Shown piece by piece: positions 52,825-62,903 of a stretch of DNA of 64,000 nucleotides. The DNA is from Parvularia atlantis. Lineage: Eukaryota. Made by a program: the position numbers and the translations under genes. The first letter of the stretch is position 1. Each line of letters opens with the position of its first letter. The notes below the pieces were generated by a model that worked only from the letters and a program-made list of their open reading frames with translations, had not been told where the DNA came from and did no database searches. The stretch lies in the NCBI GenBank assembly GCA_943704415.1, contig CALSCO010001524.1:1-64000 (forward strand), in the 5' to 3' direction.

Positions 52825-54867
52825 TCACAGCACGACCGACGACGCGTTGCGCAGCGCCCGCTGCTCGTGGATGCGCGTCGCGAACGAGCTGAAGAAGCCG
52901 CCCAGGAACACCTCGGCGTGCTCGGCGCAGACCGTCTGGTCGACCAACGCCGCCTCGACCGCGTCCAGGTCGTCGCCGTCGTCCGCCACCGCGGCCTGCG
53001 CGGCGCTCGACAGCGTCACGTCGAAGCCGGTGCCGGCCAGCAGCGCAAAGTCGTCGGCCGACGCTGCGCCGTGCGTCGCCAGAAAGACCTGCGTGAGCCC
53101 GCGCGGGCCCAGGTGTCGCGACAACTCGTCCGCCAGCCGCGGCAGCGGCATCATGCAGCGCTCGTGCAGCTCCGGCAGGCCCTCGTGGAACATGCACTTG
53201 CGCGCGACGTCGCCGCGACGCACGTGCACGCACGCGAAGCGGCGCTCGTGCTGCGGCAGACGCCCGAGCAGCGCCCGCACCACGTCCGCCGCGCGCTGCC
53301 GGAGACGCTCGTGCGGGACAACGCCGCGCTGCACGGCCGCGTAGGTCGGCTCGCGCATAAACTCGTCGTAGTAGCGCGCCACGGGGTGCGTCCGCCGCAC
53401 ACCAAAGTCGTAGTAGTGGAACAGCGCGCCCAGGCCCAGCACCGCGCTCGTGTCACCGCCGTGCAGCCCCAGCAGCTGCTCGCGCGTCAGCTCGTACTCG
53501 ACGTTGTGGTCGACCACGACCGCGGCCTCCGTCGCGCGGCGCAGCCCGAGAACGTCACGGTAGTAGCGCACGAGCTGGCCCACCGACGCTCCCTCGCCCA
53601 GCTGGTGGTGCCGCGGGCGCATGGGTGTGTCGGCGTGCACGCGAACGAAGCTCGTGCTGTCGATCCAGCGGCACGGCAGCGCGTCGTGCGCGGCCCGCAG
53701 GTCATAGTAGCGGCCGAACGGCGCCCAGGTGTACTCGCGCGGCTCGAATCGCTCGCTGCGTGCGCTCGGTGCTCGGTGGCCGACGAGCGGCAGCACGAGC
53801 ACGCGGTCCAGCAGCGCGGCGAGCGCACACGCCGACGTCAGGCCGAGCAGCTGGTTGCCGAGCTGCTCCCAGGGCATGTGCACCAGGTAGCGTGCCGTGC
53901 CTTGCGCCAACTCCTCCAGCCGCCGCTCGTAGACGGTGCCAGCCAGCTCGGCAGGCACGACGAGCACGGTGTGCACGTCGGCGTCGTAGCGCAACATCGC
54001 AGCGTCGCGCGCCGACACGACCAGCGTGCGATTGGGCCCCGCCGGCATCAGCAGCGCGAGCGCGCGCACGGCGGCCGCGCCTCGCGTCGCGCTCGACACG
54101 ACGCGGTGCGTGCGCCACACTTCCACTAGGCGGCGCACGTCCGCGTCTGCTGTCGCCATGAGCGTGTCGACGAGCTCGGCATCGCCGACGGTCGGTCGCG
54201 CTGCGATCACAAACGCGACGTGCCGCGCCAGGCCGACGGTGCCGTCCGGGCCGCGCGCCACATGCTGTCCACGTGCCACTGCGCGCAGCAGGGCGACCGC
54301 GCGCTCCGTGACGTCTGTGCCGGCGACGACGACCGAGAGCGCGCGCCCGCTCAGCATCGTCGTCGTGAGGGCCATGTGCAGCGTCGCGGCGGCCCAGAGC
54401 GCGCAGTACAGGTCCGTGTCGTCGGCGCACGCCCACGGCAGCACGACGATGACGGGTGCGGCCAGCGGCGCGAGGGCGGCGGGCGGCAGGGCGGGCGCGT
54501 CGGCAGCGCGGACGACGCCATTGGGCAGCAACGCGCGCAGCTTGGCGAGGGCGGGCGTGTCGGCGGGCGGCAGCACGTGCAGTGCGATCCAGCCGCGTGC
54601 GTCGGCACCGTCGCTCGCGATCGAGACGTTGCGCGCCAGGCACAGGCCGCTCTCGTCCGCGTCGCACCAGATCGCGCTGGTGACGAAGTTGCGCGGTGCC
54701 GACGCGGGCCGCAGTACGCGCGCGCCCAGATCGACGATGCGCACGGCGCCGAGCACCAGCAGCAGCAGCGTCGCACTGGCCAGCGCGCCGTGCAGCGCCG
54801 GCGGCGTCCACGGGCTGCGCACGACGCGCGAGACGCAGCGCCGCGCCCGCCGCCGCGCCGAGGTCAC
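52825..54867 (-). CDS. Type II membrane O-fucosyltransferase-like glycosyltransferase (POFUT2/O-FucT fold), intronless, start codon unclear
   Basis: TM segment LASATLLLLVLGAV, EQLGNQ..LAALLDRVLVLP, FACVHVRRGD, VFLATH, ALVDQTVCAEHAEVFLGGFFSSF. Confidence 0.75.
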   Translation of the reverse strand: MTSARRRARRCVSRVVRSPWTPPALHGALASATLLLLVLGAVRIVDLGARVLRPASAPRNFVTSAIWCDADESGLCLARNVSIASDGADARGWIALHVLPPADTPALAKLRALLPNGVVRAADAPALPPAALAPLAAPVIVVLPWACADDTDLYCALWAAATLHMALTTTMLSGRALSVVVAGTDVTERAVALLRAVARGQHVARGPDGTVGLARHVAFVIAARPTVGDAELVDTLMATADADVRRLVEVWRTHRVVSSATRGAAAVRALALLMPAGPNRTLVVSARDAAMLRYDADVHTVLVVPAELAGTVYERRLEELAQGTARYLVHMPWEQLGNQLLGLTSACALAALLDRVLVLPLVGHRAPSARSERFEPREYTWAPFGRYYDLRAAHDALPCRWIDSTSFVRVHADTPMRPRHHQLGEGASVGQLVRYYRDVLGLRRATEAAVVVDHNVEYELTREQLLGLHGGDTSAVLGLGALFHYYDFGVRRTHPVARYYDEFMREPTYAAVQRGVVPHERLRQRAADVVRALLGRLPQHERRFACVHVRRGDVARKCMFHEGLPELHERCMMPLPRLADELSRHLGPRGLTQVFLATHGAASADDFALLAGTGFDVTLSSAAQAAVADDGDDLDAVEAALVDQTVCAEHAEVFLGGFFSSFATRIHEQRALRNASSVVL

Positions 54868-54902
54868 GTGTTCCGTCGGGGGCGGATCGGCGGTTTGTCA
54901 AG

Positions 54903-56001
54903 ATGCCGGCGACCAAGCGGCCACGTGGCGGCGAGGTGGCGGAGGCGGCGCCGTGGTCGTCGCCGCGCAAGAGCGCGCGCCGTGCGCAGCCCGCGGACAA
55001 CGAGATCGATGCGCCGCCGACGCCCCTGCGCCGATCTGCGCGCCGGCATGGCGTCGCCGCGTCGTCCGACGTCGACTCGTCCGACCCGATCGCGCCGCCA
55101 CCGACGACGACGACGACGACGACGACGAGGCGGGCGAGCCGCGCGCGTGCCAGCCGGCGGCTCGTTGAGGCGTCGTCCGACCTGGCGGCGTACGTGACGG
55201 CGTCCGAGGGGCCCGGCGACGACAACGGCGATGCGGACGTGCCGCGGCCGACTGTCGTGGCCGCGCATCTCTCAGGAGGGGCAGGTGGGCACACTGCGAG
55301 TGCGGCGGGGGCGAGCGGGCAAGATGCGGGTGCGGCCGAGGCGAGTGGGCAAGACGCAGGCAGGCAGGCATCTGCTCCCACTGCCGAACAGCCTGCACCA
55401 ACAGCCGAGCAGCCGGCAGCGATTGCGCCAACAGCTGAGCAGCCGACACCGCCAGCCCACGCAAACGGCGAGCAGATGAGCAAGTCGCCGCGCGGACGCC
55501 CGGTTTCGGGTCGGCCATGGAAGCCCGAGCACAAGCCGTGCGTCGCCGCTCGCACCTCAACCGCACGCTCACGCTCGCCCTCGGCAGCATTAAGCAGATC
55601 ATCCAGGGCAAGCACATGAAGACCGGCTTTGCCAAGCGCCTGCAGCTCGAGCACGCCGCCAAGCTCGTCAAACAGACCGAGCGCGAGATGAAGGAGGCCA
55701 AGGCGCGCGCCAAGGAGGCACGTTCTCGCGTGTACACGCGCGCACAAGCACGCCGATCAACCCTCGCTCCGCCGCAGGAGACGCGCCGCCGCGCCGAGGA
55801 GCAGCGCAGGCGCCGCGAAGAGAACGCGCGCAAGAGTGAGGTGCACCAAGTGGTGCGTCCGCCTCTCCGCACACGCATGTCCGCCACTGAGCGCCGCCCC
55901 CGCGCCCGCAGATCAGCAACACGCGCAAGCTCAAGACGATGAGCCGCAAGCAGCTGCGCCAGATCACAAAGGGCGAGGCGAACCCGTCCGCAAGGTCGTG
56001 A
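54903..56001 (+). CDS. CCDC86: CCDC86/Cgr1-family nucleolar protein
   Basis: PRGRPVSGRPWK, RRRREENARKSEVHQVISNTRKLKTMSRKQLRQI. Three introns, one GC-AG. Confidence 0.85.
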
Positions 56002-56422
56002 GGGCGACCCTGTGTCACTTGCTCAGACGCAGCAGTCGCTCATGCAGGTTGACAATACCCTCCACACGGTCCTGCACTGCATCGTGCCTGGGCAGACCTG
56101 CGTAGTCGTCGTCGACGCGCCCGCCGTCGCCGCCACACCCGTCGCCGTCGCGCCCGTCAGGTTCAAGCCCGTCGCCGTCGCCACTGCCTTGACCGGCACA
56201 GGTCTCACGGTCTGTCCCAGCACCGCGTCGGCAGTTGCGCCGCGGCGGCGCCGCAGCGACCGCTCAGACGACTCTGCGCTGCTGGCGTCGTCCGCTTGCG
56301 CCCTCGAGGCGACCGTGCCTGTGTTGAAGTGGACCGCGCCCGACAAAGGACCGCGCCCGTCAAAGGAGCAGAAGCGGCGCTCTGACGTGGACGCGTCTGT
56401 TTAACGTTTGACTTTTTCGAGG

Positions 56423-56741
56423 ATGCCGGCGGTGCGGTGCGGCGCGAGCGGGTGTGGCGGCGGGCGCTGAACCACGTGCCCCAAAGGTCCGCGTGCTGCT
56501 CTTCGCCGCGGCGCGCGAGCGCGTCGGCGCGGACCACGTCGTGCTGCGCCTGCCGGACACGCCCGTGATGCCCGCGCAGCTGCTCGCGTGCATCGTCGAC
56601 GAGCACCTGCCGCAGCTCGCGCCGCTGCGCGACGGCCTTTTGCTCGCGCGCAACATGGAGTACTGCCGCGACGACGACCCGCCCCTGCGCCTCGCCGAGG
56701 GCGACGAGCTCGCCGTCATACCGCCCGTCAGCGGCGGGTGA
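56423..56741 (+). CDS. MOCS2A: Molybdopterin synthase sulfur-carrier subunit (MoaD/MOCS2A)
   Basis: A 9-nt first coding exon MPA, intron 56432-56486, then VRVLLFAAARE..LARNMEY..GDELAVIPPVSGG-stop. Confidence 0.92.
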
Positions 56742-57054
56742 GCGTGCGTGCGCGTGGCCTGAGCAGCAGGACCATGCCCTTTGCTTGCCTGCAGCTCTGC
56801 TGCTGCCGCAGCATTCAGGTGATCACGCTCTGAGCTTGCGTCTCCCACGCGGCGTGATGCACTTGGCCTGCCTGGATGCTGCCGCAGCTGCTCGGGCGGC
56901 CTTGCGCAGGACCTGCGCGAGGCGGTCGCGAGCAATGCGCATCGCAAAGCGCAGGTTAGGTTGCGAACTCTCTTTTTGTTTCTTTGTCATGAGCCGTGCC
57001 GCAAACTGAGCCGAAATCAACACACACACACACACACAGATGCACAGAGATAGG

Positions 57055-59522
57055 TCAGAAGAGCGTATAGCGGCCGCGCACGGGCACGCCGAGCATGCGG
57101 CCGAGCGCGCGGAAGTAGTCGTCGACGCTGTTCCAGCCGCCGCTGCGCACATCGACCATCAGCGCGACCCGCACCCCACTCCCTGCTCGCACCTGTTGGT
57201 CTCCTCGTAGTGCTCGCCGTCCTCGGCCGCCTGCTGCGTCTGGCCATACACGCACGCGTTGATCGCGCGCCGCGCCGTCTCGCGTCCGTACAGCTCGCGG
57301 TACTGGTGGCAGCGTTAGCACACCCACCCCTCGGTGCACACACGCGCACCCGCTGCTCGGCCGCGGGGATGTCCTTCACAATGGCCTCGCACGCCTCGCC
57401 CGACATCGAGTCAAAGTACGTCAGCGCGCCCTTGTTGTAGTCGTCCAGGCACTCCTCGTCCGTGCCGAGGCAGGCCAGGCGCCAGTCGGCGATCTGTACA
57501 CCGTGAGCCACTTGCACGCCCCGCACCCGCGGCAGCGCAATAAGAGCGTGCGCACCGGCAGCACGTAGCCGATCTCGTCGCCCGTCAGGCCGAACGTAAA
57601 GCACGCGTTCTCCGTCGCGGTGCAGTTGAGCGTCTCGACGACCGTGCCCGGGAAGGTGTACTCGCGCCCAACCGGGTGCAGCTCGGGCCGCGTAAAGTAC
57701 TTGACGCCCTCGGCCGTGTCAAAATCCGCCGGCACGCCGTTGGCCAACTCGGCCGAGAACTCGCCCGGCATCGACACAAACTGCACGGGGCCGAGCTTGG
57801 CATAGCGCACACGCAGGCGCGAGAACGTGCCTGATGTGCGCGTGGGGGGTGCGAGTCAACACCTTGACACCAACAGCGCGCGCCGCACGCACCCAGGCGT
57901 ACGGGCAGCGGCTCGAACGTGTACTGGAAGCCGTCATCGACGCAGGTCGCGTCCGACGGCGGCTCGCTGCAGACCCACATCGGGCGGAGGGCGTAGCCGA
58001 GCACGAGCGGGATGCTGGGGTCGCCGCCCGTGGCCGACGCGGGGCACAGGCCGATGCGGAAGAGGATGTTGGTCAGGCGCGTGTACTCGTACGTCTCGCG
58101 CCACAGGACCGAGCCGGAAGGGATCGTGTAGGGCGTGCCCAGCTTGGACACCTGGAGCGCAAGCTGCTGGCCGATCAGGAACGCCTTGCGGAAGTTGAGC
58201 GGGACGCGCGTCGCGCCAGGTGGCACGGTCACGCCATCGCCGAGCGGGTGCTCGTCCGTAACCTCCCACACCTGCGTTGCGCGCGCGCGCGTCAAGACGC
58301 CAGGCGCGAACGCGAGCGCGGACGGCCTGCGCACCGTGCCGTACGGGCCGATCTGGCTGCCAATGGCGCCGTTAAAGTACAGCACCTCGCCGCCGTCGAG
58401 CTCTGCGCACCGCCAGCGGCTTCAGCAGCCTGCGAGCGTCGCTCATGCGCGCATGCACCCTGCAGGACGCGGCGCAACGCGCCCGGGTAGTCGGCCGTGA
58501 AGAACTGGCCGCGCGCGCGGCACTCGCTCGGGTTGTTGGGGTCGCGGCCGAGCGCCTCGCAGTCGGCGGGCGAGATCGTGGGCGAGAAGTCGAGCGTGAC
58601 CTCGGGGTGCAAGCCCCACTGCACCACGGTGAAGATCGGCGCCGCGCCGGGGACGCCCGCGGGCACAGCGCGCAGGACGCGGACGTTGGGATCAGTCACG
58701 ACCGGGTCGCGCAGGTCGTACAGGCCAAATTGGTACTTGAACGAGCCGTAGGTGAGCGTGGCCGGGGCAAGCGCGTTGATGGCGTCGAGCGTCGCGTCCG
58801 TCATATGTGTGCGTCCGCCGTGAGCTGACTGACACGCCGAACGCAGCAAGCCGTACACACCTGCGCATGCATGTATTCGATGTACGCGCGGTTGACCGGG
58901 CCGCCCAGGCCGCTCGTGTCCGGACCCTCGTGGTTGTGCTGGCCGTGTGCGAAGAAGCGGAGCCGCGCGGCGACCTCGGGCGCGACGGCGGCGCGGACGC
59001 GGTCGTAATAGACCTTTGCGCACACAAAAGTCAGCCGAGGCCCGCACAAAGGGCGCACAGAGTACGCACTTCCAGGTCCGGCTCGAACAGCATGTACACC
59101 TCCGTGGTCGAGAAGATGAGGATCATGCCGTCGTCGCCCTCGACCGCCGCCGCCACCGTGCGCAGCTCGTCGCGCACCCAGTGGCTGGTCGTGTCGCCTA
59201 GCGCCGCCGCTGCTGCTCAGCCGTGCACACGCAGACGGCAGGGCACGCCGCCCGCACCGTTGCCGACGCTGATGCGGCCCACGTCCCACGCGACCGCGAA
59301 CGAGCCAGCCGACGACGCGTCCTCGTCGGGCAGGGGCACAAAGTAGTCTGTCGTGCGCGCTCAGCAACGGGGCGACAAACAACGCGCGGCGCGTGACGCA
59401 CCCGTCGTGCCGTTCACCGTCGGCAGGATCGTGCGCGAGCCCGCGCCCGCGCGCCACGCCGCAGCACGGCCCGCCGCGCCGAGCAGGGCAACGAACACGA
59501 CGACAAGCGTGACAGCGCGCAT
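57055..59522 (-). CDS. Secreted neutral-ceramidase-superfamily-like metallohydrolase (multi-exon)
   Basis: Signal peptide, WRAGAGSRTILP, HNHEGPDTSGL, RDPVVTDP, WGLHPE, TADYPG, YFNGAIG, MPGEF, GLTGDEIGYVLP, HYEETNS. Confidence 0.7.
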
Positions 59523-60029
59523 CACGTGTTGTGCGGGATGAAACTTGCCTGAGACCTACCGGCTACTTTGTAGACGTGCTCTGAGCACCGTGAACTCGGC
59601 TTTCTGAGTTAGCACTCTCAGGCTGCGCGCGGGCCCGCAGAGGGCGGACGGCGTGGGGGGCCGTGTACCAGCGCCGTGTTCAGTGCGCCTTCCCGTCTTG
59701 AGCTAAGTGCGCATCCAGGCACATCGAGCCTGAAGCCAGGATTCTGCCTTGAACAATTACGTCTGATTGCTTCGTGGACACGGCGAGCGCTCAAAGGCGG
59801 CCCGGGGGCGAGCCAGAGCGCGCGCTCACTGCTGCACGCGTGCATTGCACTAACATCGGTGACACATTCCCCCGTTTGCGATGGCCCCCAAGCGCGCCGC
59901 AGCCCCGAAGCCCGCTGCGCCTGCGACGGCCACCTCCGCTGCCGCCGGTACCGTGCCGCGCCGCGCGCACGCGTCTGGGCGCACACAGCGCACGAAGAAC
60001 GATGACGACGACGATGAGGAGAACAGACG

Positions 60030-60283
60030 CGTCCACGTGGCCAACATGGCTGCTGATCGCGCCGTCCACGTGGCCCATCGGATGACGTCAGGCTATCCGG
60101 GTCACAGCGGATTTACCCGGGCGCGTGCCGTCGCTTGCGCGACGAGGGCCGGCCGACGCCGCCGTGCTGACGTGATGCAGACAGGGCCGTGGTGCGGTGC
60201 GGCGCGGACGGGTGGCGGGCGCGGGACCGCCAAACAACGGACCACCGCGCGGGCGGGGGGCTGGAGCAGGGTCGACGACGTCA
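60030..60283. promoter_or_regulatory. Cluster of CRE and E-box/G-box-like motifs upstream of the MAPK phosphatase
   Basis: CGTCCACGTGGCC twice (60030-42, 60063-75), perfect TGACGTCA (60083-90), TGACGTGA (60168-75), CGACGTCA (60276-83). Confidence 0.45.
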
Positions 60284-60418
60284 CCGGCCGAGGCGCGGCC
60301 CCCTATCGCTTGCGCAGATTGGTTATCGCTCGTGAGCGCGGCCCGTCGCGCACCGCCGCGCTCGTGTGCCCGCGTGCGGCGTCTGCGTGAGTGCGCACGC
60401 GCTGTGTGCCTGGCGCTG

Positions 60419-60440
60419 CTCTCTCTCTCTCTCTCTCTCT
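60419..60440. repeat. (CT)n microsatellite upstream of the phosphatase
   Basis: Perfect CT run. Confidence 0.9.
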
Positions 60441-60645
60441 GCCGTTGTTTTTTTCCTTCTTTCTCCTGCTGCGTCATTTTTGCCCAGTCTGCTCCAGCGC
60501 GTGTGACCGCGGCTCCCCCGCGTGCCGCCCCCGCCGCGTTCACCCCGTCGCCGTGCCCGCCGCCGTGTGCCTCGTACGGGGCCGTTCACCGCCGCCGCGC
60601 CCGTGCCCTCGCGCAGAACGCACGTCATCACCCGTTCCCCCGACC

Positions 60646-62328
60646 ATGGGCCTCGGCGATTGCAAGGTCGCGTTCAGCCTCGGCGGCGCGTGCAAGAACG
60701 ACAAGGCCGCGGCGCCGCCCGACGACGCCCGCACGGCCGCAGCCCTCGCGCCCGGGCGGCTCGCGCCGGCCCAGTTTGCCGAGCGGCTCGTGGGCACCGA
60801 CCCGGCCGCCGTGCTGCTGCTCGACCTGCGCTCGTTCCTCAGCTACAACCAGGCTCACATCCGCGACTCCGTCAACGTGACCGTGCACGCGCCCATGCTC
60901 AAGAAGAAGGGCTTCTCGCTCGCCGTGATCGAGAGCAGCATCTGCAAGGCCGCCGACAAGGAGCGCTTCCGCGCCCGCAAGGGCGTCACCGTGCTCATGT
61001 ACGAGGGCTCGGAGGAGCTCTCCCTGCGCAGCCCCATCCTGCTCAACCTTTACACCTGCCTCGCGGGCGAGGGCGCAGTCGCGTCGGTCGCGTGGCTCGG
61101 CGGTGCGTGGTCGCGCGAGAATGATTTTTTCCCCCTGTTCGCGCGTGTTGACGGCGCGCGCGCGCGCGCGAGCAGGCGGCTATGAGCTGTTTGAGAAGGA
61201 GTTTGCGCACCTCTGCCGCATCTGCAACCCCGTCGTCTCCAAGCTTTTCAGCAAGCTTACCGCCGACCCGGCCACCATGGCCGTCCGCTCGCTCCACTCG
61301 CACAACAATTCGGGCCCCGACGAGCCCGTGCAGATCCTCAACTACCTCTTCCTCGCGGGCGAAAAGGTCGCCAACAACCGCACGATGCTCAACAAGTACG
61401 CGATCAAGCACATCGTCAACTCGGCCGTCGAGTGCGAGTGTCCCTTCCCCGGCGAGTTCTCGTACATGCGCCTCGACCTGCACGACTCATGCAGCCAGGT
61501 CTCGCTCATCGACATCTTTGACCACGCGTTCCAGTTTATCAGTGCGTGTACACGCGGCCCCTCCTGGCTCTTACCGCGCTGACCCGCGCCGCCGCCGCAG
61601 ACAACGCCCGCGACCTCAACCAGAACGTCCTCGTGCACTGCCGCGCAGGACAGTCGCGCTCGGCCACGATCGTTGTCGCGTACCTAATGAAGACGCTCAA
61701 CTGGGACCTCACCCGCGCCTACTCCTACGTCCAGCGGCGCCGCCCGGCCATCTCGCCCAACCTCGGCTTCATGGGCCAGCTCACCCAGTACGACATTCAG
61801 CTGCAGCAGGCCCGCCTCGCGCGTCAACCCGCCAACGTCCGGCCCACCCTGCACGTCCTCGGCGGGCGCCTCGCCGCCGGCCGGCCAGCCGCCGCCGCCT
61901 CCCCTGCCTCGAGCACCACCGCCTCGCCGAGCTTGCCCTGGTCGCTCAGCAAGGCCGCCACGGCCCCGGGCATCCTCAACATGACCACGACCCTGCTCAA
62001 CCGCCCGCCCGTCATCCTCGCCCACAACCGGGCGCAGTTCAAGAAGACGTCGCCGGCGCAGCCGGCCTCAAACCAGCCTTCCTACTTTGCGATGACCGTC
62101 GAGGACGTGCCGGACGCGGTCGTGTCGGCCTCGCGCACGGCCAGCAGCAACGAGGACAGCGCCGCAGTCCTGCGCGACATCATAACGACGCTGCTCACCC
62201 CGCCCCCGGTCAAGGACAACGGCGGAGGCGAGTACTTCCACGCCCACCCGGCCACGTCGCCGCACCGCTCGCGCACCTCGAGCAACAGCGGCGCCAACGA
62301 GCTGCTCACGCCGACGCTGGTCAACTGA
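60646..62328 (+). CDS. Dual-specificity MAP kinase phosphatase (rhodanese + DSPc)
   Basis: LLLDLRSFLSYNQAHIRDSVNV..MLKKK, WLGGGYELF, PVQILNYLFL, active site VHCRAGQSRSAT, ISPNLGFMGQL. Two introns. Confidence 0.94.
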
Positions 62329-62903
62329 GGCCTACGGCGGCCGCGGCGCGCCCCTTCTGCATATACAACCTGCACATTTGCACACAGAGACGCTGTACAA
62401 CACGCGCCCGTCACAGCCCTCCCCCCTAGCCCCCTTAGCCTGACTTGCTCAAACCCCGTTGTGCCGTGCTGTGTGTGTCTGACAAACAAAGACACACTGA
62501 ACACAAGAGGTGAACACAGGCGTAAACACAGGTGTCGACTGGGTCGACAGCTGCCCGCTTGGCAAAGCTACCACTCTGATCTCTTCAGCTCTTCAGCTCT
62601 TACGCCGTCTTTCTGTTGCACCAGCTCAAGCGGCGAGAGGACAAGGAGGTCGAGAAGGCCAGGGCTGACGACGCTGCGGTCGCGTCCATCTGCAAGGCCA
62701 TCGGCTTCTGTCACGGCGCCATCGTCGTCAAGTTCAACCGGCACGTGCCAGCGCGAGACGAGTGGTCCTCCCGGAGCACGAGAAGCTGGTGGCCAGAAAC
62801 AAGAAGCGCCGCGCTGGCCGCGCCCTCGGGCGCCACACCCGAGTCGTGTGAAATGCGCAATCACGCTGAGGAGAAACAAAAGCAAATGTGCACAGAGTTC
62901 CAG

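Noticed and set aside
59540..59860. AT-richer stretch with small hairpins (GTGCTCTGAGCAC, AACTCGG..CTGAGTT) as an ncRNA
   Set aside because: No tRNA, snRNA or snoRNA boxes or guide that I could recognise. Short hairpins can arise by chance.
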